Shown piece by piece: positions 39,866 to 49,887 of a DNA stretch of 64,000 nucleotides. The position numbers were made by a program, and so were the translations under genes. The DNA comes from Promethearchaeota archaeon (GTDB lineage: Archaea > Asgardarchaeota > Lokiarchaeia > Sigyniarchaeales > SOKP01). Location: NCBI GenBank assembly GCA_048938855.1, contig JBHLLT010000001.1, positions 416,124 to 480,123 on the forward strand, given 5' to 3'. The notes beneath the pieces were generated by a model. That model had not been told where the DNA came from, searched no databases, and saw only the letters and a program-made list of their open reading frames with translations. Every line of letters begins with the position of its first letter. Within the stretch, counting starts at the first letter, position 1.

Positions 39866-41827
39866 CTAACTATAAAAGCGCCTTTTATCAAAATTCCTAC
39901 TGTTTTTTTTTAGAGAGTCAATCTCTTCCAAATTTTCTTGTAAATCACCAATTTTTTTTTCAATTAAATAGATTTCTTTTTGAAGGTTTTTAAAAGTTTT
40001 AAAATAATCTACTTCAGAAATTATTCCTTGATCGAATTTATTGTCGAGTTTTTTCAACGTTTCTTTTAAACTATATCGTTCTTTATCTAATTCGAGCATT
40101 TTTTTATGTTTTTCTTTATCAATTTTAAACAACTTCCGTTTATATCTATAAGAATTATCTCGTGGAATATAATCCGAATCAAACAAGTCAGTTAAATGAT
40201 TCCTATTATAATCTTGAAACACAGCTTGGTTATCTAGGAAATTACCATCTTTCTCATTAAAATCTTCTATAAATTGGTTCTGATAATGTGGATTTAAGTT
40301 ATTATTAACATTTATTCTTTGGGCTCCATAATTTTGATACTGATTTGGATTTTGTAGGTTTTGAGAGAAGAAATTATTGTCATTATGATTTGGCATTTGA
40401 GAATTAAAGTTAAAGGGAGGATTTTGGTTAGGATTAGGACGATCATGGGAGACTCTATTAATTCGCTGATATATATTCGAAGCTCCCGGAAAATTTAGCC
40501 ATGGTTGAGCACTATTTTGGGGATTTTGAAACTGAGCAGGTGTTCGAGATGCAATGTTTGCTATTTGGTTGGGATGAACACCAAAAGGATAAGTTAAGTC
40601 TTTATTTGGACTATAAAAATTTTCAAAGTTTTTATTATATTGACATTTTATACTAAAAAATGAGTTAATACTCTCTTCAATGAAATTTGTTAAATCATTT
40701 AAATCTAATTCAATATATTGTAGTTTTTTTGCTGATTTTTCATCATATATAGTAGTCTCATCGAAAGATCTTGCCAAAAGGATATATTCAATCACTCGTG
40801 AAACCGCCTTAGAGGGTAATGTAAATTCATATTTCCCATAGTCGAATTCAATATAAAGCTTTTTGAAGACTTTACCTTTTTCTTTAATTCTTGTTAAATC
40901 TTGAACAGGAGCTTTAAAAATTAATTCGATTTTATTTTTCTTTACACCATATTTATGTATAAATGAAAGATCAAAATTTGTTATGAATAAGATACCTTTA
41001 TCTTTCTTGTATTTGTCATGCGTATTTAATCCATTTGTCAATTTAGCATAAATTGCATATACAGGTTTTTCCCCCTCAGCAAGGTGAAGTATTTTATTGT
41101 AACTTTCAAAGTAATGTTTAACTTTATCTATAAAACTTAAATTTTTTTCAAATGTATCAAAACCATCATTAAATGTTTCTAAATTATTTTTTATAAATTC
41201 ATCAATTAAATTGAAACTACGGGATAAATTTTCAAAAAGCCCCTCAATGATATTTATATTTGAGTTTGGTTGGGCATAAATATCAAAAAAATATTCTTTA
41301 TTTTGATTTACTTGATGAAATTGAACATTAACCTTTTCAAATAAAGTATTTTGAAGATAATTAAATAATTTAAAAAATGCTAATAAATCTGATTCCATTT
41401 GGGGAAAATGGTAATATTTATTAGGAGGATCTCTCACTTCCTTTATTTTAGATTGATAAAGATACAATTTATCAAGAATTTGTTTCAATGGATCGATGAA
41501 TGAGCGTGTTTTTTTAATTAATTCTAAGAAATTCTTTTCTAAATCTTCTTTTTTTTCATAGATATTTATAATTTGATGTGAATCACATTTTGGACAGGAT
41601 TTTAAGCGCTGATTGACTTTAACAACATTTTCTGCTCCACATTCCTTACAAACTTTCTTACTTTCAGAATTTAGCATATCTATATTTTTCGATTTGCACA
41701 CTTGACAAATATAGAAATCCACTTTTTTTTCATGAAGACATTCCGGACAACAACTGGATCCACATTCTTCACAATAATAAGCTAACTTCACATATCTGTG
41801 ACAAAATCTACATACTTGTTCTGTCAT
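39866..41827 (-). CDS. Multi-zinc-finger / coiled-coil / PH-like / Q-N-rich protein of unknown function
   Basis: Six CxxC in the first 90 aa; GILFITNFDLSFI PH-like segment; N/Q/P-rich tract; terminal coiled coil. Confidence 0.8.
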   Translation of the reverse strand: MTEQVCRFCHRYVKLAYYCEECGSSCCPECLHEKKVDFYICQVCKSKNIDMLNSESKKVCKECGAENVVKVNQRLKSCPKCDSHQIINIYEKKEDLEKNFLELIKKTRSFIDPLKQILDKLYLYQSKIKEVRDPPNKYYHFPQMESDLLAFFKLFNYLQNTLFEKVNVQFHQVNQNKEYFFDIYAQPNSNINIIEGLFENLSRSFNLIDEFIKNNLETFNDGFDTFEKNLSFIDKVKHYFESYNKILHLAEGEKPVYAIYAKLTNGLNTHDKYKKDKGILFITNFDLSFIHKYGVKKNKIELIFKAPVQDLTRIKEKGKVFKKLYIEFDYGKYEFTLPSKAVSRVIEYILLARSFDETTIYDEKSAKKLQYIELDLNDLTNFIEESINSFFSIKCQYNKNFENFYSPNKDLTYPFGVHPNQIANIASRTPAQFQNPQNSAQPWLNFPGASNIYQRINRVSHDRPNPNQNPPFNFNSQMPNHNDNNFFSQNLQNPNQYQNYGAQRINVNNNLNPHYQNQFIEDFNEKDGNFLDNQAVFQDYNRNHLTDLFDSDYIPRDNSYRYKRKLFKIDKEKHKKMLELDKERYSLKETLKKLDNKFDQGIISEVDYFKTFKNLQKEIYLIEKKIGDLQENLEEIDSLKKNSRNFDKRRFYS

Positions 41828-41850
41828 GTTAATGCTAAAACCCAACCAAA

Positions 41851-41869
41851 AAAGGTAAAATTTACCTTT
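41851..41869. promoter_or_regulatory. Palindrome AAAGGTAAA-A-TTTACCTTT, candidate operator
   Basis: Perfect 9-1-9 inverted repeat just upstream of the ATG at 41827. Confidence 0.45.
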
Positions 41870-41986
41870 AAAATCGTTATATCAGAAGAATAAGAAATTC
41901 CAAAACATAAAAAAAGTTATAATATTCTAGTATCATGTAATATCCGGATATAATAAAGTGGAGAAATTTATAGAAAAATAAGGATG

Positions 41987-42280
41987 CTATTTTATGATTT
42001 TAACCTTTTTTCCTAAGGCTTGACCAGGAACTCCCGCTTTTTTAAAGTGGGCTCTCACAGCACCATTATTTCCATGAGCTCGAGTTATTAGTCCTCTCAA
42101 TTCTTTACCTGTAGAAGAATTCCAAACAACGGTTCTACCGATTAGTTTATTTGCTTCTTTTCTAGTTTTTATATTAGAAAATACAATAATACAGTGTTTC
42201 TGGTGAACTGTATGGCGTCCACGCTTATAATTTGAAATTACACCTTCCATGCCTAAAATATTCAATTTGTTTAAAGACAT
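41987..42280 (-). CDS. rpl35ae: 50S ribosomal protein eL33 (L35Ae)
   Basis: YKRGRHT, G.ITRAHGNNGAVRA.F, PGQALG. Confidence 0.95.
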   Translation of the reverse strand: MSLNKLNILGMEGVISNYKRGRHTVHQKHCIIVFSNIKTRKEANKLIGRTVVWNSSTGKELRGLITRAHGNNGAVRAHFKKAGVPGQALGKKVKIIK

Positions 42281-42438
42281 TATTGATCCCTAGGTGCTTA
42301 TGTGAGAATATAAATTAATATCAAAAATAATCCAAAACTATTAAGTTTTTTTGATTATAAGAATTTCTTTAAAAATTATTTGAATTAATCAATTATTCTT
42401 ACGAACCAATTATACATATGAATATTTCAAAAATGTTA

Positions 42439-43605
42439 TTAATTTAATAACTCATAAGACTTATTCCACGCTTCTAAATTTAACTCTTTAATATTTTCAT
42501 TGAATTGCGTTTCGGAAATTTCATCACCTACCTTTATCAAATCCTCAACTCTAGTAAGAATCGAGTTCTCAACAGTTTTGAGTTTAATTTTCTTATTCAC
42601 TGGTTTAGATTTTGTATGTTTCCACCAGAACCATTCAGAGTTTATTTCCTGATAAGGTCCTGGAACATAATATTTTTGGCCTTCAATAGGAAAACTATAA
42701 GGTTTATAAACACTAATACATGGAAGAGAAGTGCCAGTTAACCAGTGGATAGATTTTCTTTTGCTTATTAAATGAGAAATTTGAGAACCAGTTGATTCAA
42801 AACCACCATGCATACAAATACCTGCTTCATGATCTCTTAAAATTTCCATCATTAAGCTTGATGTGATTTTACCCTTATTCTCATTTAATAGTAATGTTGA
42901 TCTTCCTCCTCTTGAGTAAGGTGAAGAGATAGTAGAAATTGACAGTCCGGAAAAAGTCTCTGCAAAATCGAAATCATTATCATTTTTACAGTAATTTTTA
43001 TCAATTGCATGTTGAATTATTCCTTTCTTTCTGAGGTCTCCCTTGCCTCTAATTGTCAGGCTGTTTGAGATTGAACGTACATTTTTAACTTTTTCAATAA
43101 TCCACCATTTATCAGCAGTCTCTAAAACATATGCTTCTTTTGGATCTGCAATTATAAATGAATTATGATACATCCAACTTGGATCATGATACGCGCAACC
43201 TCCTCCTTGTCCATATGTTTCTAATAAACTGATAATAATATTCATTGCATCTTTCGCTGTTTTTCCTCTCTCAAGACCCAACCTCAATAAATCCATTCCC
43301 AATAATCCAGTATTTCTTAGTGGTTCATGCGTATTTACAGCTTCATTTCCAATTACAACCCCAAACTCATTTATACCCATTTCTGCTCCCCACATCCAAT
43401 AGGGTTGACTCATTAAAATGGCATAGCTCTCAGAAACTTGGTTGATTTCTAAATATGTACATTTCAAAGTATCTCCTTTATTATAGTTAATTCTAGGAGA
43501 ATATGTAATTAATTGTACTTCATTAAAAGGTCTATCCGAATTTTTACCAAATATAACACTCCCATCTTGAGTTGAGTTACCAAGGGCAATTAAAGTATCA
43601 CACAT
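42439..43605 (-). CDS. C69 peptidase / secernin-like Ntn hydrolase, copy 2
   Basis: MCDT, FGKNSDR, WMWGAEMG.NE, MDLLRLGLERG. Confidence 0.93.
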   Translation of the reverse strand: MCDTLIALGNSTQDGSVIFGKNSDRPFNEVQLITYSPRINYNKGDTLKCTYLEINQVSESYAILMSQPYWMWGAEMGINEFGVVIGNEAVNTHEPLRNTGLLGMDLLRLGLERGKTAKDAMNIIISLLETYGQGGGCAYHDPSWMYHNSFIIADPKEAYVLETADKWWIIEKVKNVRSISNSLTIRGKGDLRKKGIIQHAIDKNYCKNDNDFDFAETFSGLSISTISSPYSRGGRSTLLLNENKGKITSSLMMEILRDHEAGICMHGGFESTGSQISHLISKRKSIHWLTGTSLPCISVYKPYSFPIEGQKYYVPGPYQEINSEWFWWKHTKSKPVNKKIKLKTVENSILTRVEDLIKVGDEISETQFNENIKELNLEAWNKSYELLN

Positions 43606-44811
43606 TTATTTAATTAATTCCTCAGATTTTTCCCATCCATAACTATTTACTTTTTTAATCAATTCTATAAATTCAAGGTCTGAAATATTTTCTTCTTTAC
43701 TAATTATATCATCTATTTGGTCGATCAAATCGTTTTCTACAGCTCTTAGTTTTCCATAATACTCATTTCGCTCAGGAATATCTCTTTTTGGTCGTTTCTT
43801 GTAGAAATTAATAAAATCAAAATGTCTAAACCAAAACCAAATAGGATCTATAGAAGAATAAGGTTTTGATACCATAACTTTTTGTGCATCTGCAGGAAAA
43901 ACATATGGTTTGTAAATGCTTAGACATGGAATAGTGCTTCCTGTAAACCAATGAATTGATTTCTTGTTATCTTTTCTTAAAAGCGAGACTTGAGAACCTA
44001 CTGATTGGTCTTTTCTAAGGTGTCTACATATTTCAACCTCATGATCTCTCAAAAAATTCATCATCTTAGGAACTGTGATCGTTCCCTTATTTGATGATAA
44101 TTGATGTAATGAAAAACCATCTCTATCAGTTATTGGAAACTGTTCCGGAAGGGGAACACGAGAAAAGGTCATTTTAAAATCAAAATCATTGTCATCTTTA
44201 CAATATCCCTTTTCAATAGCGTGCTGGATAATTCCTTTCCTTCTCATATCGCCTTTAAATCTTACGGATATATGATTAGAAATTGAACGAAAATCTCTAA
44301 CAATTTCTGCAATCCACCAATCCCCTGCAGTTTCTAGAACATAAGCTTCAGTTGGATCTGCTATGAGATATGAATTATGATAGTTATACTGTGTTAAACT
44401 ATGAGAACCACCTTGTCCATAATTTTCTAATAAATCAATAATAACCTTTAAAGCTTCTTTTGCGGTTTTTCCTCTTTCAAGTCCTAATCTCAGAAGATCC
44501 ATACCAGTAAGCCCAATATCTTTTAAAGGTTCTCTTGTTTGTATAGACTCATTACCAATAACTACATTATATTCGTTTGCACCCATCTCTGCCCCCCACA
44601 TCCAATAAGGTTGACTTAAAATAACAGCAGCAGATTCTTTTACGTGGGGAATTGAAATATGAGTACATCTTACTTCGTCACCATGAGAATAAGTTTTCCG
44701 CGGAGTATAAGTTATTAACTGGACTTCCGATTCATTTCTATCACTGTTTTTTCCAAATATAACATTCTGATTTTTAGACCAATTACTTAAACTTACGTAA
44801 GTGTCACACAT
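43606..44811 (-). CDS. C69 peptidase / secernin-like Ntn hydrolase, copy 1
   Basis: MCDT, FGKNSDR, WMWGAEMGANE; stop abuts the next ATG. Confidence 0.93.
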   Translation of the reverse strand: MCDTYVSLSNWSKNQNVIFGKNSDRNESEVQLITYTPRKTYSHGDEVRCTHISIPHVKESAAVILSQPYWMWGAEMGANEYNVVIGNESIQTREPLKDIGLTGMDLLRLGLERGKTAKEALKVIIDLLENYGQGGSHSLTQYNYHNSYLIADPTEAYVLETAGDWWIAEIVRDFRSISNHISVRFKGDMRRKGIIQHAIEKGYCKDDNDFDFKMTFSRVPLPEQFPITDRDGFSLHQLSSNKGTITVPKMMNFLRDHEVEICRHLRKDQSVGSQVSLLRKDNKKSIHWFTGSTIPCLSIYKPYVFPADAQKVMVSKPYSSIDPIWFWFRHFDFINFYKKRPKRDIPERNEYYGKLRAVENDLIDQIDDIISKEENISDLEFIELIKKVNSYGWEKSEELIK

Positions 44812-44887
44812 AATAGCTAATCCTTTTTAATGAATTAATTTATTACTAAATTCTATTTAAATGTATTTTTTATACAATAAATGGTTT

Positions 44888-45262
44888 TTATAGTACAGCG
44901 ATGGCATCAATCTCAATTAATCCATTTGGAAGTGGACAAGTCGCTTCAACTGTGCTTCTTGCAGGGAAGTTTTTGGATACACCATTTTTTTCAAAAAATT
45001 CTCTATATGCTTCGTTCATCTCCTTAAAATCAGATATTTTTTTCAAATAGACCGTGACTTTTACTATATTGGAGATACTAGCGCTTACGGTTTCTAATAC
45101 TTTTTTAATCTTTTCAAATGCAGCGAATGTTTGTTCTTTTATATCTCTTGTTTCTGGGGCAGCAACTTGTCCAGAAATGAAAAGAAGATTCCCCGCCTTT
45201 ATACCAAGATTATATGGCCCGGCTACAGGTGTACCAGAATCTACAATTTCAATATTTACCAT
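44888..45262 (-). CDS. ridA: RidA/YjgF enamine deaminase
   Basis: GPY, FISGQ, VKVTVYL, FPARS.V, IEIDAIA. Confidence 0.93.
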   Translation of the reverse strand: MVNIEIVDSGTPVAGPYNLGIKAGNLLFISGQVAAPETRDIKEQTFAAFEKIKKVLETVSASISNIVKVTVYLKKISDFKEMNEAYREFFEKNGVSKNFPARSTVEATCPLPNGLIEIDAIAVL

Positions 45263-45503
45263 TTTGTTTATCACTCAAAAATTTTATATTATACTTTTTG
45301 ATTGTTTCATATTTATAATGATAATTACGATCAACCCTTTGTTATTAAATTTATTTTTTGTCGTATTTGAGTCATACAAATCCAATTTTAATTAAGTTTT
45401 AATAAAATTCATTTTTTAACGAATTAGACTTAATTATATTTAACACAGTACATGATTTTTTGGTTTTAGACCACTAAATGCGTCGTAAAAAGATTGAGAT
45501 ATC

Positions 45504-47291
45504 TTGAATGAAAAAAAAGATAATGTTTGGGTATTTACTTTTGAATACGCGGGAATTGTTAAAGTAGGTGGGCTTGGAGAAGTACCTGCAAATCAAGTTA
45601 AACATTTAGCTAATGATTATGATATCACAGTATTTATTCCCTCACATGGTCTATTACAAAAGCTTGAAAAGTCTTTTAAGTGGGAAAAATTACCTTTCAA
45701 CTGCGTAGGGCAAGTTAATTCTTCTCAATTTGGAATAAATGAACCAGAAATGACATATAATATTGCTTTCTATAGAACTATAATAAATAATGTAAAAGTC
45801 GTTTTATTACACGGTGAAAATCCATTTACTAATAGGTTTTTAGATGATATAATTGTATATAACCCTGATACACTTAGTGGAAAAATCTGTCTTTTTAGTA
45901 TAGGAATGTGTTGTTATATTGAGTATTTAATTGATGAACATAAAGAATTTCTACCAGATATAATTCATATCCACGATTATCATGCTGTTATTCCTTTTAT
46001 TGGAATGAAACAAAAATTAGCTAAAAATGGATTAGATGTAGCTTCAATTATAACAATCCATTTATTAACTTGGCCAAGACATGGGATAGATTTTTATAGA
46101 ATATGTGGAATAGACCAGACTTCAATTTCAGTTAATCTAAAAGAGGGTATTAAATTGTTAAGCTTTTCTGAGATATTTTCAATTTGCGAGAGAATTAGCG
46201 GGGTGTATCAACCCCCAACTATAGAACAAATAGGTGCATTTGTCAGTGATTTAGTCACAACTGTAAGTCAATCATATTTAAAATCAGATATAATTCCTAA
46301 TTGTGGAAATGAGTTAATCGAATTCAAGTCTAATTTTGTTTGGGATGGTTGTGATTGGGATTATAATGAAATTTTACAACAAGTTCTAAAAAACCATGAA
46401 CAGGATATAAGAAAAGCCTTACAATTATCATATGATAAAGAACTAATCCAATCAGATATGAAGGAATATTTATTGACTTATAAATTATCTCATTTAGATA
46501 GGAGTCCCTTAATTCAATCAGAAAAAGTTCTAAAGGTTATAAATGAAATATCCAATGAGACTGTTTTCATTGAAAATGGATATATTAAAGCTTTTGAACA
46601 ATCTGGTCCTTTAGTAATTACCACTGGAAGAATATCCCCACAAAAAGGATTTGAGACTGTTTTTGAGTCAATTCCTAAAGTGATCAAAGTGATTCCAAAT
46701 GCGAAATTTTTATTCCTCATTTTGCCTACTGATTATAGTTTGAATGAAATTCGTAATTATACTCAATATGTTAAAAAATATCCTAATAATGTGAGAATTA
46801 TTTTTGGTGTAGCAAAAGATATATTTCATTTAGCACATATTGCTTCAGATGTTTATTGTGCTTTATCGAGATGGGAACCATTTGGTATTATTGCTTTAGA
46901 AGCTATGTCTACAAAACTTCCTGTGATTGCAACAAAGGTAGGAGGATTTCAAGAATCGATTATTGATATTAGAAATTTTCCAGAAATAGGGACAGGAATT
47001 CTAATTGATAAAGATAATCCCTCTCAATTTGCTAATGCACTAATATCTCTTTTTAAATTAAAGGAGATCTCTGAGAACGTTAAAGATAAGGATTCTATAT
47101 ATGAAACTGAAAATTTTCAGTTGGTTAATCAGATTCCCGATAAAATACTTGAATCTTTGGTATTATTAGATCCTCAATTTTTCAATAAAATTAAAGAGAA
47201 TTGTTATAAAAGGGTGGAACAAAATTTTAGATGGAGTATTGTCTCAAAGAAATTAATTGAATTATATAATCTTATAAAAAGTCTTCGTTAA
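45504..47291 (+). CDS. glgA: Glycogen synthase (GT5)
   Basis: KVGGLG, HIHDYH, TVS..Y, GR...QKG, SRWEPFG...LEAM. Confidence 0.9.
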   Translation: MNEKKDNVWVFTFEYAGIVKVGGLGEVPANQVKHLANDYDITVFIPSHGLLQKLEKSFKWEKLPFNCVGQVNSSQFGINEPEMTYNIAFYRTIINNVKVVLLHGENPFTNRFLDDIIVYNPDTLSGKICLFSIGMCCYIEYLIDEHKEFLPDIIHIHDYHAVIPFIGMKQKLAKNGLDVASIITIHLLTWPRHGIDFYRICGIDQTSISVNLKEGIKLLSFSEIFSICERISGVYQPPTIEQIGAFVSDLVTTVSQSYLKSDIIPNCGNELIEFKSNFVWDGCDWDYNEILQQVLKNHEQDIRKALQLSYDKELIQSDMKEYLLTYKLSHLDRSPLIQSEKVLKVINEISNETVFIENGYIKAFEQSGPLVITTGRISPQKGFETVFESIPKVIKVIPNAKFLFLILPTDYSLNEIRNYTQYVKKYPNNVRIIFGVAKDIFHLAHIASDVYCALSRWEPFGIIALEAMSTKLPVIATKVGGFQESIIDIRNFPEIGTGILIDKDNPSQFANALISLFKLKEISENVKDKDSIYETENFQLVNQIPDKILESLVLLDPQFFNKIKENCYKRVEQNFRWSIVSKKLIELYNLIKSLR

Positions 47292-47315
47292 TTTAAAGAA
47301 ATAGGGGTCTAAATT

Positions 47316-48500
47316 CTGATTATATCAAAAAAGTCTGTAATTTTTATTTTAGTATCAGTTTTTATTTTAAATACAGCTACTATCATAGTTTATACATATG
47401 TACCAGCATATATTATCAATTTGGGAGTAAATAACTCTTCAATGCAATTAATTATTACGATTTTTCCCTTGACTGCTTTTGTATTTCCTCCATTGTATGG
47501 TTATCTATCTGATAAAATTCAAAAGAGATTTATATTCATAGTAATTGGAACAATTGGATTAAATATTACTCTTCTTATTTTATTTTTATTTCGAAATCTT
47601 ATCTTATTGGTTATTTTACTATTCTTTTTTGGATTTTTTCTGGCTTCATCAAGCTTATTACTAACTTTATTTGCTGAACTCGTAGAGAATGATAAAAAAC
47701 TAATTTCTTATTATAACGCAATAGTTGTGGCGGGTTGGTTTGTTGGAGCTCAATCTGGCGGTATATTTATTCATCTCTACAATATTGAGAATATTTTTTT
47801 ATTTATTTTGATTCTTTCATTACCAGCCATTATTTCCGTTGCTTTCATAAAAGAAAAAAGGTCTTTAATAATAGAAAGATACAACAACAAAAAAGACCAA
47901 GATATTAATAGTTTAATTTTTAATAATCCTAATATTGAAAATCCAATTTCTCAATCAATTTATTATAGCTTGTTTTTTAGGAATTTTAGTATAAAACCAA
48001 TTATGCCAATACTTATGTTAATTATGAGACCCCATTTAAACAATGATACAACAGCAGTTGGGTTTTTGATAGGGATAAATTTCTTATTACAATTTTTTCA
48101 AACTTTATTAATAGGCCATATAATTTCTATTAAAAATATTAAGCAATTTATGATAATTGGTTATGCATTAAGTGCTATATCTATTTTTGGATATATTATC
48201 TCAAATAATTTCTGGAGTTATTTATTTTTTCAATTATTGGTTTCTTTTAGTTATTCTACACATTGGACAGCCACTACTATATATATTGCCCAAAACACAA
48301 ATCCAAAAAACAAAGGGCGATATGTGGGATATGCTAACACTAGTGTGGCTTCCGGGAGTTTTTTTGGAGGTTTATTTTTCAGTCTCTTGTTGACTATTAA
48401 TCAAGATTTTTATATTTCTATGTATTTTTTACTCATATTTCCTATAATTTCTACAATTATTATTTTACTTAAATTTAAAGTTCCAGAAAAAATCAGGTAA
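47316..48500 (+). CDS. MFS transporter; start extended to CTG at 47316
   Basis: GYLSDK motif A; N-terminus (M)IISKKSVIFILVSVF aligns with the adjacent paralogue. Confidence 0.88.
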   Translation: MIISKKSVIFILVSVFILNTATIIVYTYVPAYIINLGVNNSSMQLIITIFPLTAFVFPPLYGYLSDKIQKRFIFIVIGTIGLNITLLILFLFRNLILLVILLFFFGFFLASSSLLLTLFAELVENDKKLISYYNAIVVAGWFVGAQSGGIFIHLYNIENIFLFILILSLPAIISVAFIKEKRSLIIERYNNKKDQDINSLIFNNPNIENPISQSIYYSLFFRNFSIKPIMPILMLIMRPHLNNDTTAVGFLIGINFLLQFFQTLLIGHIISIKNIKQFMIIGYALSAISIFGYIISNNFWSYLFFQLLVSFSYSTHWTATTIYIAQNTNPKNKGRYVGYANTSVASGSFFGGLFFSLLLTINQDFYISMYFLLIFPIISTIIILLKFKVPEKIR

Positions 48501-48684
48501 CATTCCAAAAATCGAATAAGTTCTAGAGTCTTTAAGCATTATTAGATTCAAACTATTATAATAAAGTCAAAGAAAATTGCTATAAAAGAGTTGAAAATAA
48601 TTTTAGATGGAGCATTGTTTCTAAGAAATTAATCTAGTTATTATTAAAAATCTTCGAAAATCAAATTTATAAGGAGTTAATTAT

Positions 48685-49887
48685 TTGATAATCTCTAAAA
48701 AATCTGTTTTTTTTATTTTAATCTCTGTTTTCTTTATTTATATTTCCATTATGCTTTTAATAACATTTTTACCTTTGTATCTTGAATTTTTAGATATAGA
48801 ACCAGCAGGTATAACATTATCAATGACCATTATTATGTTCACCTTATTCATTTTTCCCCCATTGTTAGGAAAATTCTCAGATAAAATTCAGAACAGAATT
48901 TATTTTATCTATCTGTTCCCAGTTGGTATTGTTTTTTCTTTAATTTTACTTATTTTTACTAAAGATATAATATTACTAAATATCATTTTATTTATGTTTG
49001 GGTTCTTTATTTCATTTTTAACTGTATATCTTACTCTTTTTAGTGAATTGGTTCAAAATGATAAAAAATGGGTATCGTATTATAATGCAACCTGCTCAAT
49101 TGGAAATTTTATGGGAGTTCTAATTGGAGGTATGTTGATCTTTCTTTTTACAATTGGGAATATTTTCATCTTTACCTTAGCTTCTTTCTTAATAGCTATA
49201 GTTTTTATTGTATTCATTAGAGAAGATAGAAATTTAATATTAGAATCTAATAAAAAAGAATACTCGAATTTTAAAAATGGAAAATTAAACAATCTCTTCA
49301 ATGAAGAACGTAAAATTTCGAATTCTATATACTATAGTCTTTTTTTTAGGAGTTTTGCAATAGTTCCAATCTTAAATGTTCTTGTAAGTATCTTGAGTCC
49401 TCATATAGCTACTACTAGCATTGCTTTTTTAGTTGGTTTAAACCCTCTACTACAATTTTTCTTTATAATTATCATTGGAATCATATTAAATGAAAAAAAC
49501 ATAAAGATATTTCTGATTTTAGGTTATCTATTATCTACTATTATTATAATCGGCTATATTATCTCTTTTGATTTTTGGAGTGTTTTTATTGTTCAAATAA
49601 TGCTCGCTAGTGGTTTTTCAATGTTTTGGATGGCAACAATTGTTTACATAGCTCAAAATTCAAATCCTACTAATAAAGGTCGCTTTATAGGATATGCCAC
49701 GACTAGCACTTATGCTGGCACAACATCAGGTGGACTCTTTTTTAGCTTATTATTAACTGTTTTCCAAGGTAATTATGATCTATCAATGGTCTTTATGATA
49801 TTATTTCCAGCAATCTCAACTATGATAATAATCTTCTTATTCAAAATACCACAAAATAAGTCACATAGTAGCCCAAAAAGCGTATAA
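48685..49887 (+). CDS. MFS transporter, tandem paralogue
   Basis: GKFSDK, YIAQN..P.NKGR..GY; TTG start behind AGGAG. Confidence 0.9.
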   Translation: MIISKKSVFFILISVFFIYISIMLLITFLPLYLEFLDIEPAGITLSMTIIMFTLFIFPPLLGKFSDKIQNRIYFIYLFPVGIVFSLILLIFTKDIILLNIILFMFGFFISFLTVYLTLFSELVQNDKKWVSYYNATCSIGNFMGVLIGGMLIFLFTIGNIFIFTLASFLIAIVFIVFIREDRNLILESNKKEYSNFKNGKLNNLFNEERKISNSIYYSLFFRSFAIVPILNVLVSILSPHIATTSIAFLVGLNPLLQFFFIIIIGIILNEKNIKIFLILGYLLSTIIIIGYIISFDFWSVFIVQIMLASGFSMFWMATIVYIAQNSNPTNKGRFIGYATTSTYAGTTSGGLFFSLLLTVFQGNYDLSMVFMILFPAISTMIIIFLFKIPQNKSHSSPKSV

